Assembly: GCA_038087875.1 (NCBI GenBank)
Contig: CM075988.1
Coordinates: 23,128,001-23,192,000 of the forward strand
Direction: 5' to 3'
Length of the DNA: 64,000 nt
Origin: Malacoraja senta
Lineage: Eukaryota
A program made the translations under genes and the position numbers. The notes under the pieces are model-generated. The model had not been told where the DNA came from and did no database searches. It was given only the letters and a program-made list of their open reading frames with translations. This document shows, in pieces, positions 39,750 through 52,489 of the stretch; positions within the stretch are counted from its first letter, which is position 1, and the number at the start of each line of letters is the position of its first letter.

Positions 39750-41619
39750 ACTCAGGCATGTTGGTAGAAACATGCATTAAATTTGTGCTTTGCTGGTTTC
39801 CTGTGAAGACGCAAGGGAGGGCATGTCTAACGTGCAGTAGTGCAAGCCACCATGCATGCAAGTGGCATCTGCAAGGATTTTTAATGCGTGCGTACATGCT
39901 AATCACATGTAATCACATGTAAGCGTGGGGGAGGGAAAGGTGCCAAATAACCTTTGCCATCTCTGACCATGATGAAAGCACTTCCAGTGAGGTCCTCAAC
40001 AGGACCCACTCTTGAAAGCAGTGGGGCTGATTCACCCGGCCTAACGCTGGACTAATGGGTTAGATGTGAGGTTAGACATATCGTCTCTCTGACACAGTGG
40101 ATGCAGAGGACAAGTAGTCAGAGTGGTTGTTTTTCCTCTTCCTCTTGGCTGCTCACCAAAACGTGAAAGACCTCGCATGCAGTCACAAGGAGAACGTGCA
40201 AACTCCGTACAGACAGCACCCGTAGTCAGGATCGAACCCGGGTCTTGAACGCTGTGAGGCAGCAACTCTACCGCTGCGCCACCATGCCGCCTCTGAATTT
40301 CCTTACAATTGTCTGTGATTGAGGATTTGAATCCCGTTTTTAAGGATGTGATTGAGCGTGTTCACCACGCAACAAAGGCTTTTCCCTGTACCTCGGTACA
40401 CGTGACAACAAACTAAACTGAACTAAGATAAACTAAAAACACCTCAATCGAGATACATCTGGTCCTTGAGAAAGATATCTATTGTACTAATCAGTGGATT
40501 TCCCAACAACACCTCTGGTAAGGCCCATCTCTTAAAACAAGGATCTAGTCTGCTTTCCTAATGATGGCCCAAGTTGCATGTTGTGCGAGAGGTGCAGTAG
40601 AAACTCCATTGACACAGACTGATATCATTGTCTTGTGCCTGAACTGAAACCCGCATTGTGAGATAGAGTGATGGATTCATAGAGTAATACAGTGTGGAAA
40701 CAGGCCCTTCGGCCCAACTTGCCCACACCAGCCAACATGTCCCAGCTACACTCGTTCCACCTGCCTGTGCTTGGTCCATGTCCCTCTAAACGTGTCCTAT
40801 GTGTGTTTTTGGAAGGAATTCTGTCCCTGATTTATGTATTGGTCTTTATAACCTATTTTTTTTTAAATTCTGATTATATGTTTTCTATAAATCTCTGTAT
40901 GGTGTCCTTGAGACCTCGGTTATAAGGCGCCCGTAAATAAAATCCATTATTATTATTATTATCCACGTACCTGTCCAACGTTGGGATAGTCCCTGTCTAG
41001 CAGCTCGTTCCATACACCCACCACCCTTTGTGTGAAAAAGTTACCCCTCAGATTCCTATTAAATCTTTTCCCCTTCACCTTGATCCTATGTCCTCTGGTC
41101 CTCGATTATCCTACTCTGGGCAAGAGACTAAGTACATCTACCCGATCTATTCCTCTCATGATTTTTTTTAATACACCTCTATAAGATCTGCAAAGTGCGA
41201 ATGCTGGCAAGTGCGAATCCACTTTATTATCATTGACTTTACACTTGAATTCAATCAACAAACACACAATGGACATATACTCAGCATCTGAATGGCCTTT
41301 ATCTCAGAATCAAGGCATAACATACAAGTAAAAAATGAACCAACTATTATTCATTTTCCACCTGGCCAAGGTCTAAAGCAATTTTTCCAACCCAACATTC
41401 TGGGTGTGAATCAGAATATCAATCAGATCCCCAAAAATGAACCCAATTTCACAAGCCAGGCACAGTCCGAGTGTCGCTCCTGGAGAATGCTATCCTACTG
41501 CATTCCAGTGTTGCCTTGTGTCCTACTTGCATTTACTTGGGTAACATGAGGACAAACTCATTCATATCCTTAAAAACTGGACTAATATCCTCAATTGGAG
41601 GCAACTGCAAGGAAATTCA

Positions 41620-41928
41620 GGGGCGGCACGGTGATACAGAGGTAGAGTCGCTGCCTCACAGCGCCAGAGACCCGGGTTCGATCCTGACTACGGGTGCCGG
41701 CTGTACGGAGTTTGTACGTTCTCCCCGTGACCGCGTGGGTTTTCTCCGGGTGCTCAGGTTTACTCCCACACTCCAAAGACGTGCAGGTTTGCAGATTAAT
41801 TGGCTTTGGGGTAAAATTGTAAATTGTCCCTAGTGTGTGGGATGGTGCTAGTGCACGGGTTGAACACTGGTCGGCGCGGACTCGGTGAGCCAAAGGGCCG
41901 GTTTCCGCACGGTATCGTTAAACTAAAC
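41620..41928 (+). mobile_element. tRNA-derived V-SINE (HE1-like), full length
   Basis: gggcggcacggtg head, B-box gggttcgatcc, V-domain ctgtacggagtttgtacgttctccccgtg, CR1-like tail and (AAACT)n. Confidence 0.88.
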
Positions 41929-42127
41929 AAAAAATCGGCCTTTCTCTTTAAAATTATGTTTTGATATTTCGCACAAGGCAGTCTTCCATTAACGGCAATC
42001 ATAACTCATGGAGAATACAATAGGGGGAGGATACACAATCCAAGTATCAAATTCATGGCGAATGCGTGAAAACCAAATGTAACATTGGCCTCTCCGCATG
42101 CAGTCTCCGTCAGTAGGAAAAACAGTT

Positions 42128-42470
42128 ATGGGCCTGTCCCACTTACGTGACTTTTTCGGTGACTGCCGGCACCCGTCATAGGTCGTTGCAGGTCGGCGAA
42201 AATTGTCAACATGTTGAAAATCCAGCGGCGACCAGAAAGACGCTACGACACTTTGGGCATCTGAGGAGACGACTCACGACCATACAGGCGACACCCTGGC
42301 GACATGTCACGGGGTGACGCCTGTTTGGTCGTGAGTAGTCGCCCAAAGAGTGGTACCTTGTTCTGGTCACCGCTGGATTTTCAACATGTTGAAAATTTTT
42401 GGCGACCTGCAACGACCTATGACAGGTGCCGGCAGGCACCGAAAAAGTCGCGTAAGTGGGACAGGCCCAT
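42128..42470. mobile_element. MITE with long TIRs
   Basis: tgggcctgtcccacttacgtgactttttcggtg...caccgaaaaagtcgcgtaagtgggacaggccca. Confidence 0.85.
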
Positions 42471-43964
42471 AAGAAGTTATGACTTGTACGCCTCAGTAAC
42501 AATTTCCCTTCATGCATTCAAGTATAGAGATGGAACTCATTTTTAATTAAGTTATTAAGAAAATGAAACCTAACCAAAAGTTTAAAAATACGGACAGAAA
42601 ATAAACCTCATTGTTTTCATCAGTACACAGAGTTTTTAAACCTACTTCCCTCATACGTACCCTGCCCCTGAGGTCCAGTGTCTTGGTGTGAACACTTGAG
42701 TTAGGCTGAAAGAGGAAGGGCTTACAGATGAGTAAACAGAAGTCAGTGGCCAACAGTGCAGGTGCCATCAATCGATCTCCCATGAGAGAAGGCCCTGCTC
42801 AGTATCGGGCAGGTTTAACTGTAATCCTGACCACTCGAACGTGCAAAGCAACCAAACTCAAACTGCACACATGTACAATTTAGCAACTCGGGAATTAAAG
42901 TTCTCTTCTGGTCAAAAGAGCTAAACTGTGGCATCATCCTGAATAATGCACGCAGCGTAAATCTTGAAAACCAAATGCAACACTGATAGGGTTGACTTCT
43001 CCTTCTCAAACGTTCTACATCAACTTGTTTCTCTTTACAGAACCGTAAGTAACTTTGGTCATAGAACAAACCAAAAAACGTTAAATATCAAGAAAAGGTA
43101 AGGATTGTCTGCTTCTTAATGTAAGATAGACACAAAATTGCTGGAGTCTCAGCAGGACAGGCAGCAACTCCTCCTTTCCTTTTCATCCAGAGATGCTGCC
43201 TGACCCGCTGAGTTACTCCAGCATTTTGCGTCTATCTTCAGTTAAACCAGCATCTGCAGTTCCTTCCGACACCGTTTAGTTTAGAGATACAGTGCAGAAC
43301 CAGGCCCTTCGACCCACCGAGCCTGCACACTAACATTATCATGAACACACTTGGGACAATTTACATTTATACCAAGCTAGTTATCCTACAAACCTGTACG
43401 TCTTTGGAGTGTGGGAGGATATCGGGGCACCCGGAGAAAACCCACGCAGGTCACGGGGAGAACGTACAGACTCCATACAGACAGGACCTGTAGTCAGGAT
43501 CGAACATGGGTGCCTGGCGCTGTGAGGCTGCAACTCTACCGCTGCGCCACCGTGCTGCCCACTGCTTATTAACTTTCTGGCTTCTGAGTGAAGTGCATTG
43601 TTGGGAAGGTGAATTATATATTGGGAGGAATAAAAACCTAATCACTGCTTTGCACAATGCATTGTAATTCCCCCCTCGAGCTCTGTCCCATTAATGCTCC
43701 TTGTGGACCTGGCAATAGCTTTCTATGAGCTGGCAGAAGTGTAATAGCCCCATTCCCGTGTGCTATCAATTTAACATGAATGGATATAACAGTGAAAGTG
43801 CATCAGTGTGTCTTTCATCAACTCCAAATAATTGCTGCACATAAAAGGTGGCAATATTATTTAATTGCTGTTTTCTGAATGGCAAAGCCTTGCCCATTTA
43901 CCAAACTTTGCTGAAGCGAACACTCTGAGAGGAATCGTCCCATCAGAATCGGTATATGGTGGCA

Positions 43965-44425
43965 TCGTGGTGCAGCGGTAGAGTTGCTGCCTTGCAGCGC
44001 CAGAGACTCGGGTTCGATCCTGACTACGGGTGCTGTCTGTACATAGTTTGTGCATTCTCTCTGTGCTCCGGTTTCCTCCCACGCTCCATTAGTGGTAAAG
44101 ATTGTAAATGTGTGTGCTCGTGTAATGGGGATTGCTAGTTGGCACAGACTTGTTGAGCGGAAGGGCCTGTTTCCCTTTGGCCCACTGAGTCCACACCGAC
44201 CATCGATCACCGCTCACACTAGCACTATCCTGCACTCTAGGGACAATTTACAATTTTTACCGAAACCAATTTATGTCTTGGGAGGAACCTGGATCACCCG
44301 GAGAAAACCCACGCAGGCCATGGGGAGAACGTACAAACTCGGTACAGACATCACCCGTCGGCAGGATCGAACTCGGGTCCCTGGCACTCTAAGGCAGCGA
44401 CTCTACAGCTGCGCCACCGTGCCGT
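43965..44425. mobile_element. Tail-to-tail inverted pair of V-SINEs
   Basis: Plus copy about 43965-44175 directly abuts a minus copy about 44176-44425. Confidence 0.75.
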
Positions 44426-44956
44426 CCTGATTCGAGTCAAACATTTTGCTGGATTACTCGTAGAATTGTCAGCCGCTCCAGCTCAATGATAGAAGCATGA
44501 TCCTAATGGCAATAAGATGCAGTGACTCCCTGCTTGAAAACAAGCCTGAAGCAATACCTATTCACCATGCTCCCATATGGCATTGCAAGTTCCTGCCTCA
44601 GAGCCCACAGCTCTGAACATTGAGGGATTCAATACTACGATCCTCTAATGTGGTGGCCCTTTCTCTTGTCCTCTACAATTTCCTTCACTAACAAAAGCAA
44701 CTTGAGAGTTCAGACGGAGGCCTGACATTTCTTCTAGTAAACTTTGGTTGAGTTTTGAACTAAAATGTTCACATTTGCGTGCCAAGAGTGAGGATTTAGA
44801 CTTTGTAATCGGTTTCAGCAGCGATATCAAGAAGCCAAAATGTTGCTATTAATCTCATTAGAGACGTACAGAAAAAACCAAACCAGTCCACACGGATCAT
44901 CAAGCGTCCATTTACATCAACCTTACGCTAATCTTATTTTATTCTCGTCATATTCA

Positions 44957-45573
44957 ATCGACAATAGACAATAGACAATAGACAATAGGTGCAGGAGTAG
45001 GCCATTCGGCCCTTCGAGCCAGCACCGCCATTCAATGTGATCATGGCTGATCATCCCCAATCAGTACCCCGTTCCTGCCTTCTCCCCATATCCCCTGACT
45101 CCGCTATTTTTAAGAGCTATTTTTAAGAGCCCTATCTAGCTCTCTCTTGAAAGCATCCAGAGAACCTGCCTCCACCGCCCTCTGAGGCAGAGAATTCCAC
45201 AGACTCACCACTCTCTGTGAGAAAAAGTGTTTCCTCGTCTCCATTCTAAATTGCTTACTCCTTATTCTTAAACTGTGGCCCCTGGTTCTGGACTTCCCCC
45301 AACATCGGGAACATGGTTCCTGCCTCTAGCGTGTCCATGCCCTTAACAATCTTATATGTTTCAATGAGATATCCTCTCATCCTTCTAAAGTCCAGAGTGT
45401 ACAAGCCCAGCCGCTCCATTCTCTGAGCATATGACAGACCCGCCATCCCGGGAATTAACCTTGTAAACCTACGCTGCACTCCCTCAATAGCAAGAATGTC
45501 CTTCCTCAAATTAGGGGACCAAAACTGCACACAATACTCCGGGTGTGGTCTCACTAGGGCTCTGTACAACTGC
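44957..45573 (-). mobile_element. CR1 LINE 3' end
   Basis: ORF 45255-45596 is CR1 ORF2; (CAATAGA)n tail. Confidence 0.9.
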
Positions 45574-48279
45574 ATTCCCAACAACTCCCCACTCACCTAC
45601 AGACCAGTGGTCAATTAATAATGATAACTACCAACATGCGTATCTTTAGAATGGCAGAGGAAAGCAGAGCCCCTGAAAGAAACCCTGGTGGACACATGCA
45701 TGTTGGGAAGTCAGTATTGAACAGAGGTTGCTGAAGCCACAAGTCAGCAATGGAATCCTGTGCTGTCCACTTAGGGCAAGAAATGATCAAACACCAATGG
45801 ATCAGAATTGACGATCATTTAAAATCTCTGGAGTCTGAAGAAGGGTCTCGACCCGAAACGTTGCCTATTCCTTCTCTCCATAGATGCTGCCTCACCCGCT
45901 AAGTTTCTCCAGCATTTTTGTCTACCTTTGATTTTTCCAGCATCTGCAATATTTTCTTAAACACTTAAAATCTCTTTGTATGTAAGGATTGGACAACTTA
46001 GATTCACGGTTGTTCTGTGTAGGGAGGAACTGCAGCTGCTGGTTTAAACCGAAGACAGACACAAAAAGCCAGGGTAACTCAGCGGGTCAGGCAGCATCTC
46101 TGGAGAAAAGGAATAGGTGACATTTGTTCTGATGAAGACTACTTCTTACTTCTAATAATATGCATTTTATGGTTTCATGTAGCTGTGTAAAGTGAGTTTC
46201 CGCTCATGCTTTCCGCAAGATGAGTTTCATAAGTTCATAAAGTCATAGGAGCAGAATTAGGCCATTCGGCCCATCGGGTCTACTCTGCCATTCAAACATG
46301 GCTGATCTATCTTTCCCTCTCAACCCTATTCTCCTGCCTTCTCCCCATGACCCCTGACACCCGTACTAATCAATTATCTCGTCTTGATCAAAACATCTGG
46401 ATGAGGTGAAATGGTTCACCAGTAAAAAGCAGGTGAATTTGGAAAGGGACTCAAAATGTGTTCCTCTGGATCTGTTGGATGTTGGGAAAACAGTGGATAA
46501 AGTTGGAAACCATCAACATAAACACAGATAAATTCATAGTCATACGGCAGGGGAACAGGTTTTGCAGTCCAATTCATCCAAGCCAACCAAGATGCCCATC
46601 TAAGCTAGTCCCATTTGCCTGCATTTGGCCATTATTCCTCAAATCTTTTCCTTTTACTTTACCACTAGTTTTCCGTGAATGAAATGAATAAATCCAGTCA
46701 ACAGCGTTCAAAAATACCTTAATTACACTAACAATCTTGGCAAAAATCAACTTGTTTCTTTGAAACGGCACAGAAGACATGTCTCTGTCAGCGAGATTGT
46801 GAGAGGGATGTGTTTCAGCACTGCCTTTACACGTCAAAGTTCCTCTTCAGTACCAAGGGAAAAAATCCGCCTGATTCAATGGTATTTTCAACTGTAATGT
46901 GTTTTGGAAATGAGCATGACCCAAGCCAACCATGGCAATTTGCCCCGCCTAGATACCTACTTCAATATCTGCTATCTATTTCCTATGTGCGCAAGTCTAC
47001 CTGTGGAAAATTATTTTAAAGCAGATTGGAAATTGAGAGGAATGGAAAGCCTCAGCTGACGAGAAACAGGTGCCGTTTGATCACCATATTAATGATCAGA
47101 CGACACGAATCATACCTCAGTTACCAAGGGGAAAAAATTAAAAATATTAACACCCCACAACGGAACTTGTTTGACAATTAAATATATGTGTAGGAAGGAA
47201 CTGCAGAATTGCTGGTTTAAACTGAAGATAGACACAAAAAGCTGGAGTAACTCAGCGGGTCAGACAGCATCTCTGAAGAAGGGTCTCGACCCGAAACGCC
47301 ACCTGTTCGTTTTCCCCAGAGACACTGTCTGACCCGCTGAGTTACTGCAGCTTTATGGGTCCATCTTCAGTTAAATAATAGCTCCGTTCATTTGATTTCA
47401 ACTAAAAATAATACATCCTCCGCAAGCCAATCGATGCATAGAATAATATTTCCTCCTCACTAATCCTCGATTCAAATGCCTGTGAATATTTGTGGGAGTT
47501 GACTGCTCTAATTTTGGCTAATTCTTTTATTTATTTTGCTAGGTAGATATTTCAATTGTAGATGATTGCGTTAAAACACTGAACCTTCTCTTGTTCAGTG
47601 AATGGAATAAAATGGTGAAAACAAATGACTTCATCAATAAATATCAATTGATGAAAATTGTAGAAGAGCAAAGAGACATCTCTATTTTTTTAGCCAGTGC
47701 CTGTTTGATTTGATAAAGTGTCTTATCAGAATTTAAAAATCAATGAAGCCAATTTCTACGCTTTTACATTGGAAAACATTGAGAGACTCAGTGGTGCCTG
47801 AGCAGAATAAGATAACGACTCAGAAAGTAAAGGTTTCCTCAAATCCAAACCCACACTTTCTTGGTATATTTAACTATTTCATTTCCCCCAAAGGTGCTGG
47901 AGAGATTAAGTATTAGCATGGATAATGTAATCATTCTAACTTGTTTCATATTTTTCAAACGGCTCCAAATGTGGCAGAGTATTTGGAAAATAACAACAAA
48001 AAAAGTTAGTCAGTTATACAGCATGGAAACAGGCCCTTCGGCCCCACTTGCCCATGCCGACCAAGATGCCCCATTTATTGTACACATAGCTTCATAGAGT
48101 AGTAGCTATGATACAGTAGCTTAAATGTTGCCTTTCTTTAACAAAGGACAAACAAGAGGGAATTTTACAACATACATTCTGCTTGAAAATTATTAATCTT
48201 CCAGAAACCTCAAAATATAAAACACACAACGTATATATGTCTTTGTGCAGACATGTAACAAAACATTATTATTATATTA

Positions 48280-48720
48280 GAGTCATAGAATCATAGAACG
48301 TGGAAAAAGGCCCTTCGGCCCAACTTGCCCACACCGACCAATATGTCCCATCTACAATAGTCCCACCTGCCTGCGTTTGAGCCATATCCCTCTAAAAATG
48401 TCCTATCCATGTACCTGTCTAACTGTTTCTTAAACATTGCAATAGTCTCTGCCTCAACAAACTCCTCTGGCTGCTTGTTCCAAATACCCATCACCCTTTG
48501 TGTGAAAAAGTTACTCCTCAGATTCCTATTAAAACTTTCCCCACTCACCTTAAACCTATGTCCTCTAGTTCTCGATTCCACTACTCTGGGCACGAGATTC
48601 TGTGCGTCTACCCAATCTATTCCTCTCATGATTTTTTACACCAATATAAGATCACCCCTCATCCTCCTGCATTCCAAGGAATGGAGTCCCAGCCTGCTCA
48701 ACCTCTCACTATGGCTCAGA
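48280..48720 (-). mobile_element. CR1 LINE 3' end (second subfamily)
   Basis: MRGIDWVD...SRTRGHRFKV...FFTQRVMGIWN motifs. Confidence 0.85.
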
Positions 48721-50573
48721 CCTATGAGTCCTTATTAGAAAAATAAATATACAATACTTCATAATTCAAAACAATTTACTCAAGAAGACTGGGTCCTTCT
48801 GCTGAATGACACCAAGGCAAATTCCCTGTGTGTGAATACATAGAAACATAGAAACATAGAAAATAGGTGCAGGAGTAGGCCATTCGGCCCTTCGAGCCTG
48901 CACCGCCATTCAATACGATCATGGCTGATCATCCAACTCAGTATCCTGTACCTGCCTTCTCTCCATACCCCCTGATCCCTTTAGCCACAAGGGCCACATC
49001 TAACTCCCTCTTAAATATAGCCAATGAACTGGCCTCAACTACCTTCTGTGGCAGACAATTCCAGAGATACTTGGCCAATAAACGTATTCAATTCACTTAT
49101 TCACTCATATGAAAACTTACCTCATCCACATTAAAATACTCTGTCAGTAAAATACTTTGAACAGGGCCATGATTTCAATTACAATAGATAGATTGAATTC
49201 CTTTATAATTCCATACAAATGCATTAATTGTCTGTCAACTAATATCTAAGAGTATAATTATCAGGGTAACTGAAAGATAAAACTATTCATTGAGTTGAGT
49301 AGCTGGTGTTTTTTTTAAGCTGATGGGACAGAGATTTACAACATGTCTGTTTATAAATAAAGCTCATAAGGTCATTCAGGAGCTGCTCAACTTTATCTGT
49401 GGGATTCAAAATTCTGAACCAGCGTTTTCAATCACACTACCTCTTTAAGGTATCTCTTTTGTGTCTCTTCGGTTTAAACCAGTGCCTGCTGTTCCTTCCT
49501 GCACATACCTCGTTAAGGTGCTTGTTAACCTGCTGACTACTTCCAGGTGAGACACAAAATGCTGGAGTAACTCAGCGGGGCAGGCAGCATCTCTGGAGAG
49601 ACGGAACGGGTGACGTTTTTGGGTCAAGACCCTTCATCAGATTGAGAGTCAGGGGAGAGGGAGACAAGTGCCTTCTGTCTCTCCAATGTTTATCTCAATT
49701 GATTTGTACCCTGCTAATATGGGATGCACATAGCCACTGATAGTTCTACAGTATAACTGCCGGGCCTTACTAATATTCTGTTAAAGCAACCTAAAATTAG
49801 TAGGTAGACAAAAATGCTGGAGAAAGTCAGCGGGTGAGGCAGCATCTACGGAGCGAAGGAATAGGTGACGTTTCAGGTCTTGACCCGAAACGTCACCTAT
49901 TCCTTCGCTCCATAGATGCTGCCTCACCCGCTGAGTTTCTCCAGCATTTTTGTCTACCTACGATTTTTCCAGCATCTGCAGTTCTTTCTTAAACCTAAAA
50001 TTAGTACTTTCTTGAAGCATCTTTCCTGATTTAAGATGAGTTTGAATTAACAGAATAAATCTGTGGATAACATACTTGTCGGATCAGTAAACCATTATCT
50101 CAATAAGATAATTTCATTTTTTGAATATTTCATAAATCTCTAATATTAAATATAAGTCCATGAGGTCATCGCTTCAGCCATTGGTGTGACCATAACACAA
50201 TACCACATTTTGAGTTTGTTATTATAATAAAATAATGATTGAATTAACATTTATGCACAAATATGCACTTTTACACATACAAAATTTGTTAGATAGGTGA
50301 GAAAAGTTCTTGTTATGTTTGATATCTTTCCTAGCTATTGGCAAGTGGACCTGAAGACAGCTCTTAAATCTTTGACACTTGACACGTGGAGTAAGTTTAA
50401 ATGTCTCTGTACACTGTGGACGGCTCGATTGTAATCATGTATTGTCTTTCCGCTGGCTGGTTAGCACGCGACAAAAAGCTTTTCACTGTACCTCGGTGCA
50501 CGTGACAATAAACTAAACTCAAACTAAACGTGTAAATTGTGCTGCATGTTAAAGAGAATAAAATTATACTCAC

Positions 50574-50601
50574 GTTTTTGCCAGTGCACCTTCTGTGCCA
50601 T
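50574..50601 (-). CDS. POU2AF1: POU2AF1 coding exon 1 (MAQKVHWQK + 1 nt)
   Basis: Minus strand reads tatACC-ATG-GCA-CAG-AAG-GTG-CAC-TGG-CAA-AAA-C|GTGAGT: strong Kozak, an xWQK motif like the MLWQK N-terminus of human OCA-B, canonical donor, phase 1 matching exon 2. Confidence 0.85.
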
Positions 50602-51200
50602 GGTATAGTCTCTCTCATCTCTCTCTGGTGCAGACAGTGTTGACATTGCTAAGTTCTTACAAAAGTGCTTCAGTGGAAGATGTGTACAAGCTACTGAATG
50701 AGCAGGGTGCTAAGACTTGAGGTCCCCGCTCTGCAGCTGATGTCATCGTGCTATGCTCCAATCTCTCCTCTTGTGGCCACCATTGTTTTTTCCTCAGCGC
50801 AACGTAATCAGAGCAAGAGGCAGAGCAGCACACGTTGCTCACAGCCGCCTCTGGAAGATATTATGCAGAGAGGGTAATCGTGTGCGATGGGTTTAATGAC
50901 TAGCCCCTGCCTTTAAACCGAAGGTTTGCTTCTCGTTTACAAAATTCGGCAAACTAATGATCGCGTAGCGACGGCGAGTTAAAGACATACTTAAAGGAAG
51001 CACCTGCAGAGTCTTACTGAAACAGTACATCCTGTTCTAAAGATATTTTCCTGTCTTAGATTTGGAAAGAAAAGGGACATCGAGTCTGTAACGCAATGTA
51101 TAAAAAGAGTCTTATTCGTGTTTCTGGGCTATTCCCATCTTTTATTACCTTTAGATTTACCAGATCATTTAATATGATTTTGCCTTTGTAGAAGAACAAT
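50602..51200 (-). promoter_or_regulatory. POU2AF1: Putative POU2AF1 5'UTR and proximal promoter
   Basis: Repeat-free stretch with raised CpG directly upstream of exon 1; contains TTTAAA (50912-50917) and CRE/ATF-like TGATGTCA (50738-50745). TSS not determined. Confidence 0.5.
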
Positions 51201-51241
51201 TATCTCATTTAAGTTGTCAATTTTAATGCCTTCAATGCCTT

Positions 51242-51698
51242 GGGCAGCACGGTGGCGCAGCTGGTAGACACAAAATGCTGGAGTAACTCAGCTGGACAGG
51301 CACCATCTCTGGAGAGAAGGAATGGGTGACGTTTCGGGTCGAGACCCTTCTTCAGACTGATCCGTTTCGGGTCGAGACCCTTCTTCAGACTGATAGCTGG
51401 TAGAGCTGCTGCCTCACAACGCCAGAGACCTGGGTTCAAACCTGATTTTGGATGCTGTTTGTGTGGAGTTTGCGCGTTCTCCTTGTGACCACATGGGTTT
51501 CCTCTGGGTGCTCCAGTTTCCTCCCACAATCAAAGATGTGTAGGTTTGCAGGTTAATTGGCCTTTGTAAAGTGTCCCTAGTGTGTAGGGAATGATTGAGA
51601 AAGTGGGGATACATGGAACTCATGCAAATGGGTGTTTGGTGATCGGCATGGGCTCGGTGGGCCGAAGGGCCTGTTACCATGCTGTATCTCTAAACTAA
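51242..51698 (+). mobile_element. V-SINE interrupted by the hammerhead-bearing insertion
   Basis: SINE head split by an insert flanked by direct repeat agctggtaga (51259-51268, 51395-51404). Confidence 0.8.
51324..51394 (-). ncRNA. Tandem dimer of the hammerhead-like core (33-nt period)
   Basis: atcagtCTGAAGAagggtctcgacccGAAACg occurs twice head-to-tail; the second copy ends in GTCaccc. Confidence 0.55.
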
Positions 51699-52489
51699 GC
51701 AACCTTTTCCTCATTAGGAGCAAAGTATGTGCGGTTTAAATGCGAAGGATAGGTTTAGAGGGATATGGGCCAAACTCAGGCACATGGGACTAGTATAGAT
51801 GGGACATGTTAGTTGGTGTGGGCAAGTTGGGCTGAATGGCCTGTTTCCACGCTGTACGCCTCTATGTCTCTAAAACAGAAAATGATGGAAATTCTCAACA
51901 GGTCAGACAGCATCCGTGGGAAGAGAATAAGAATAGGAGAAGAAACAGACTTAATGCCGTGGTCATAAAACAGGCACTGGCCCCCGTTCATGGTTCATTA
52001 TAATGCTCATTTCAAGCAAGAATCAATTGATACTGTATTATTCCTGTGTAAAATATAAAATGCACTCTTACTGAATAATGAAGAGTAAATATTAATCACC
52101 AACAAATTATATGGGGTCACAAGGAACTGCAGATACTGGAATCTTAATAAAACACAAAGTGCTGGAGGAACTAAGTGCTAACTGTGGGAATTTGTGGAGG
52201 GAATGGATAAGCAATGTTTCATGTCAGGACCCTTCTTCAGACCGATTGTAGCAGTGGGGAGAATACCTTATAGGGGAGGGACAGAGCCTGGCAAGTGGTA
52301 GGTGGATACCGCTGAGGCATGTCAGGCACACATTGGAACCTCCCACTTGACCTTGCCAAATAGCCCACTTTGTTTACGTATACCTTCCATTTCTTCCACC
52401 ATTCACTGAATCGGGTGAGAAAGCAAACATATTAATTACTTATATACACATCCCAGACACACACGTTACATGCTGGACATGGGTAATTC

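Noticed and set aside
41620..41700. tRNA gene
   Set aside because: A- and B-boxes belong to SINE heads, followed by V-domain and LINE tail.
23100..51629. Octamer motifs ATGCAAAT at 23100, 34634 and 51622 as POU2AF1 autoregulatory sites
   Set aside because: About two are expected by chance in 64 kb over both strands, more in AT-rich DNA; one lies in a SINE.
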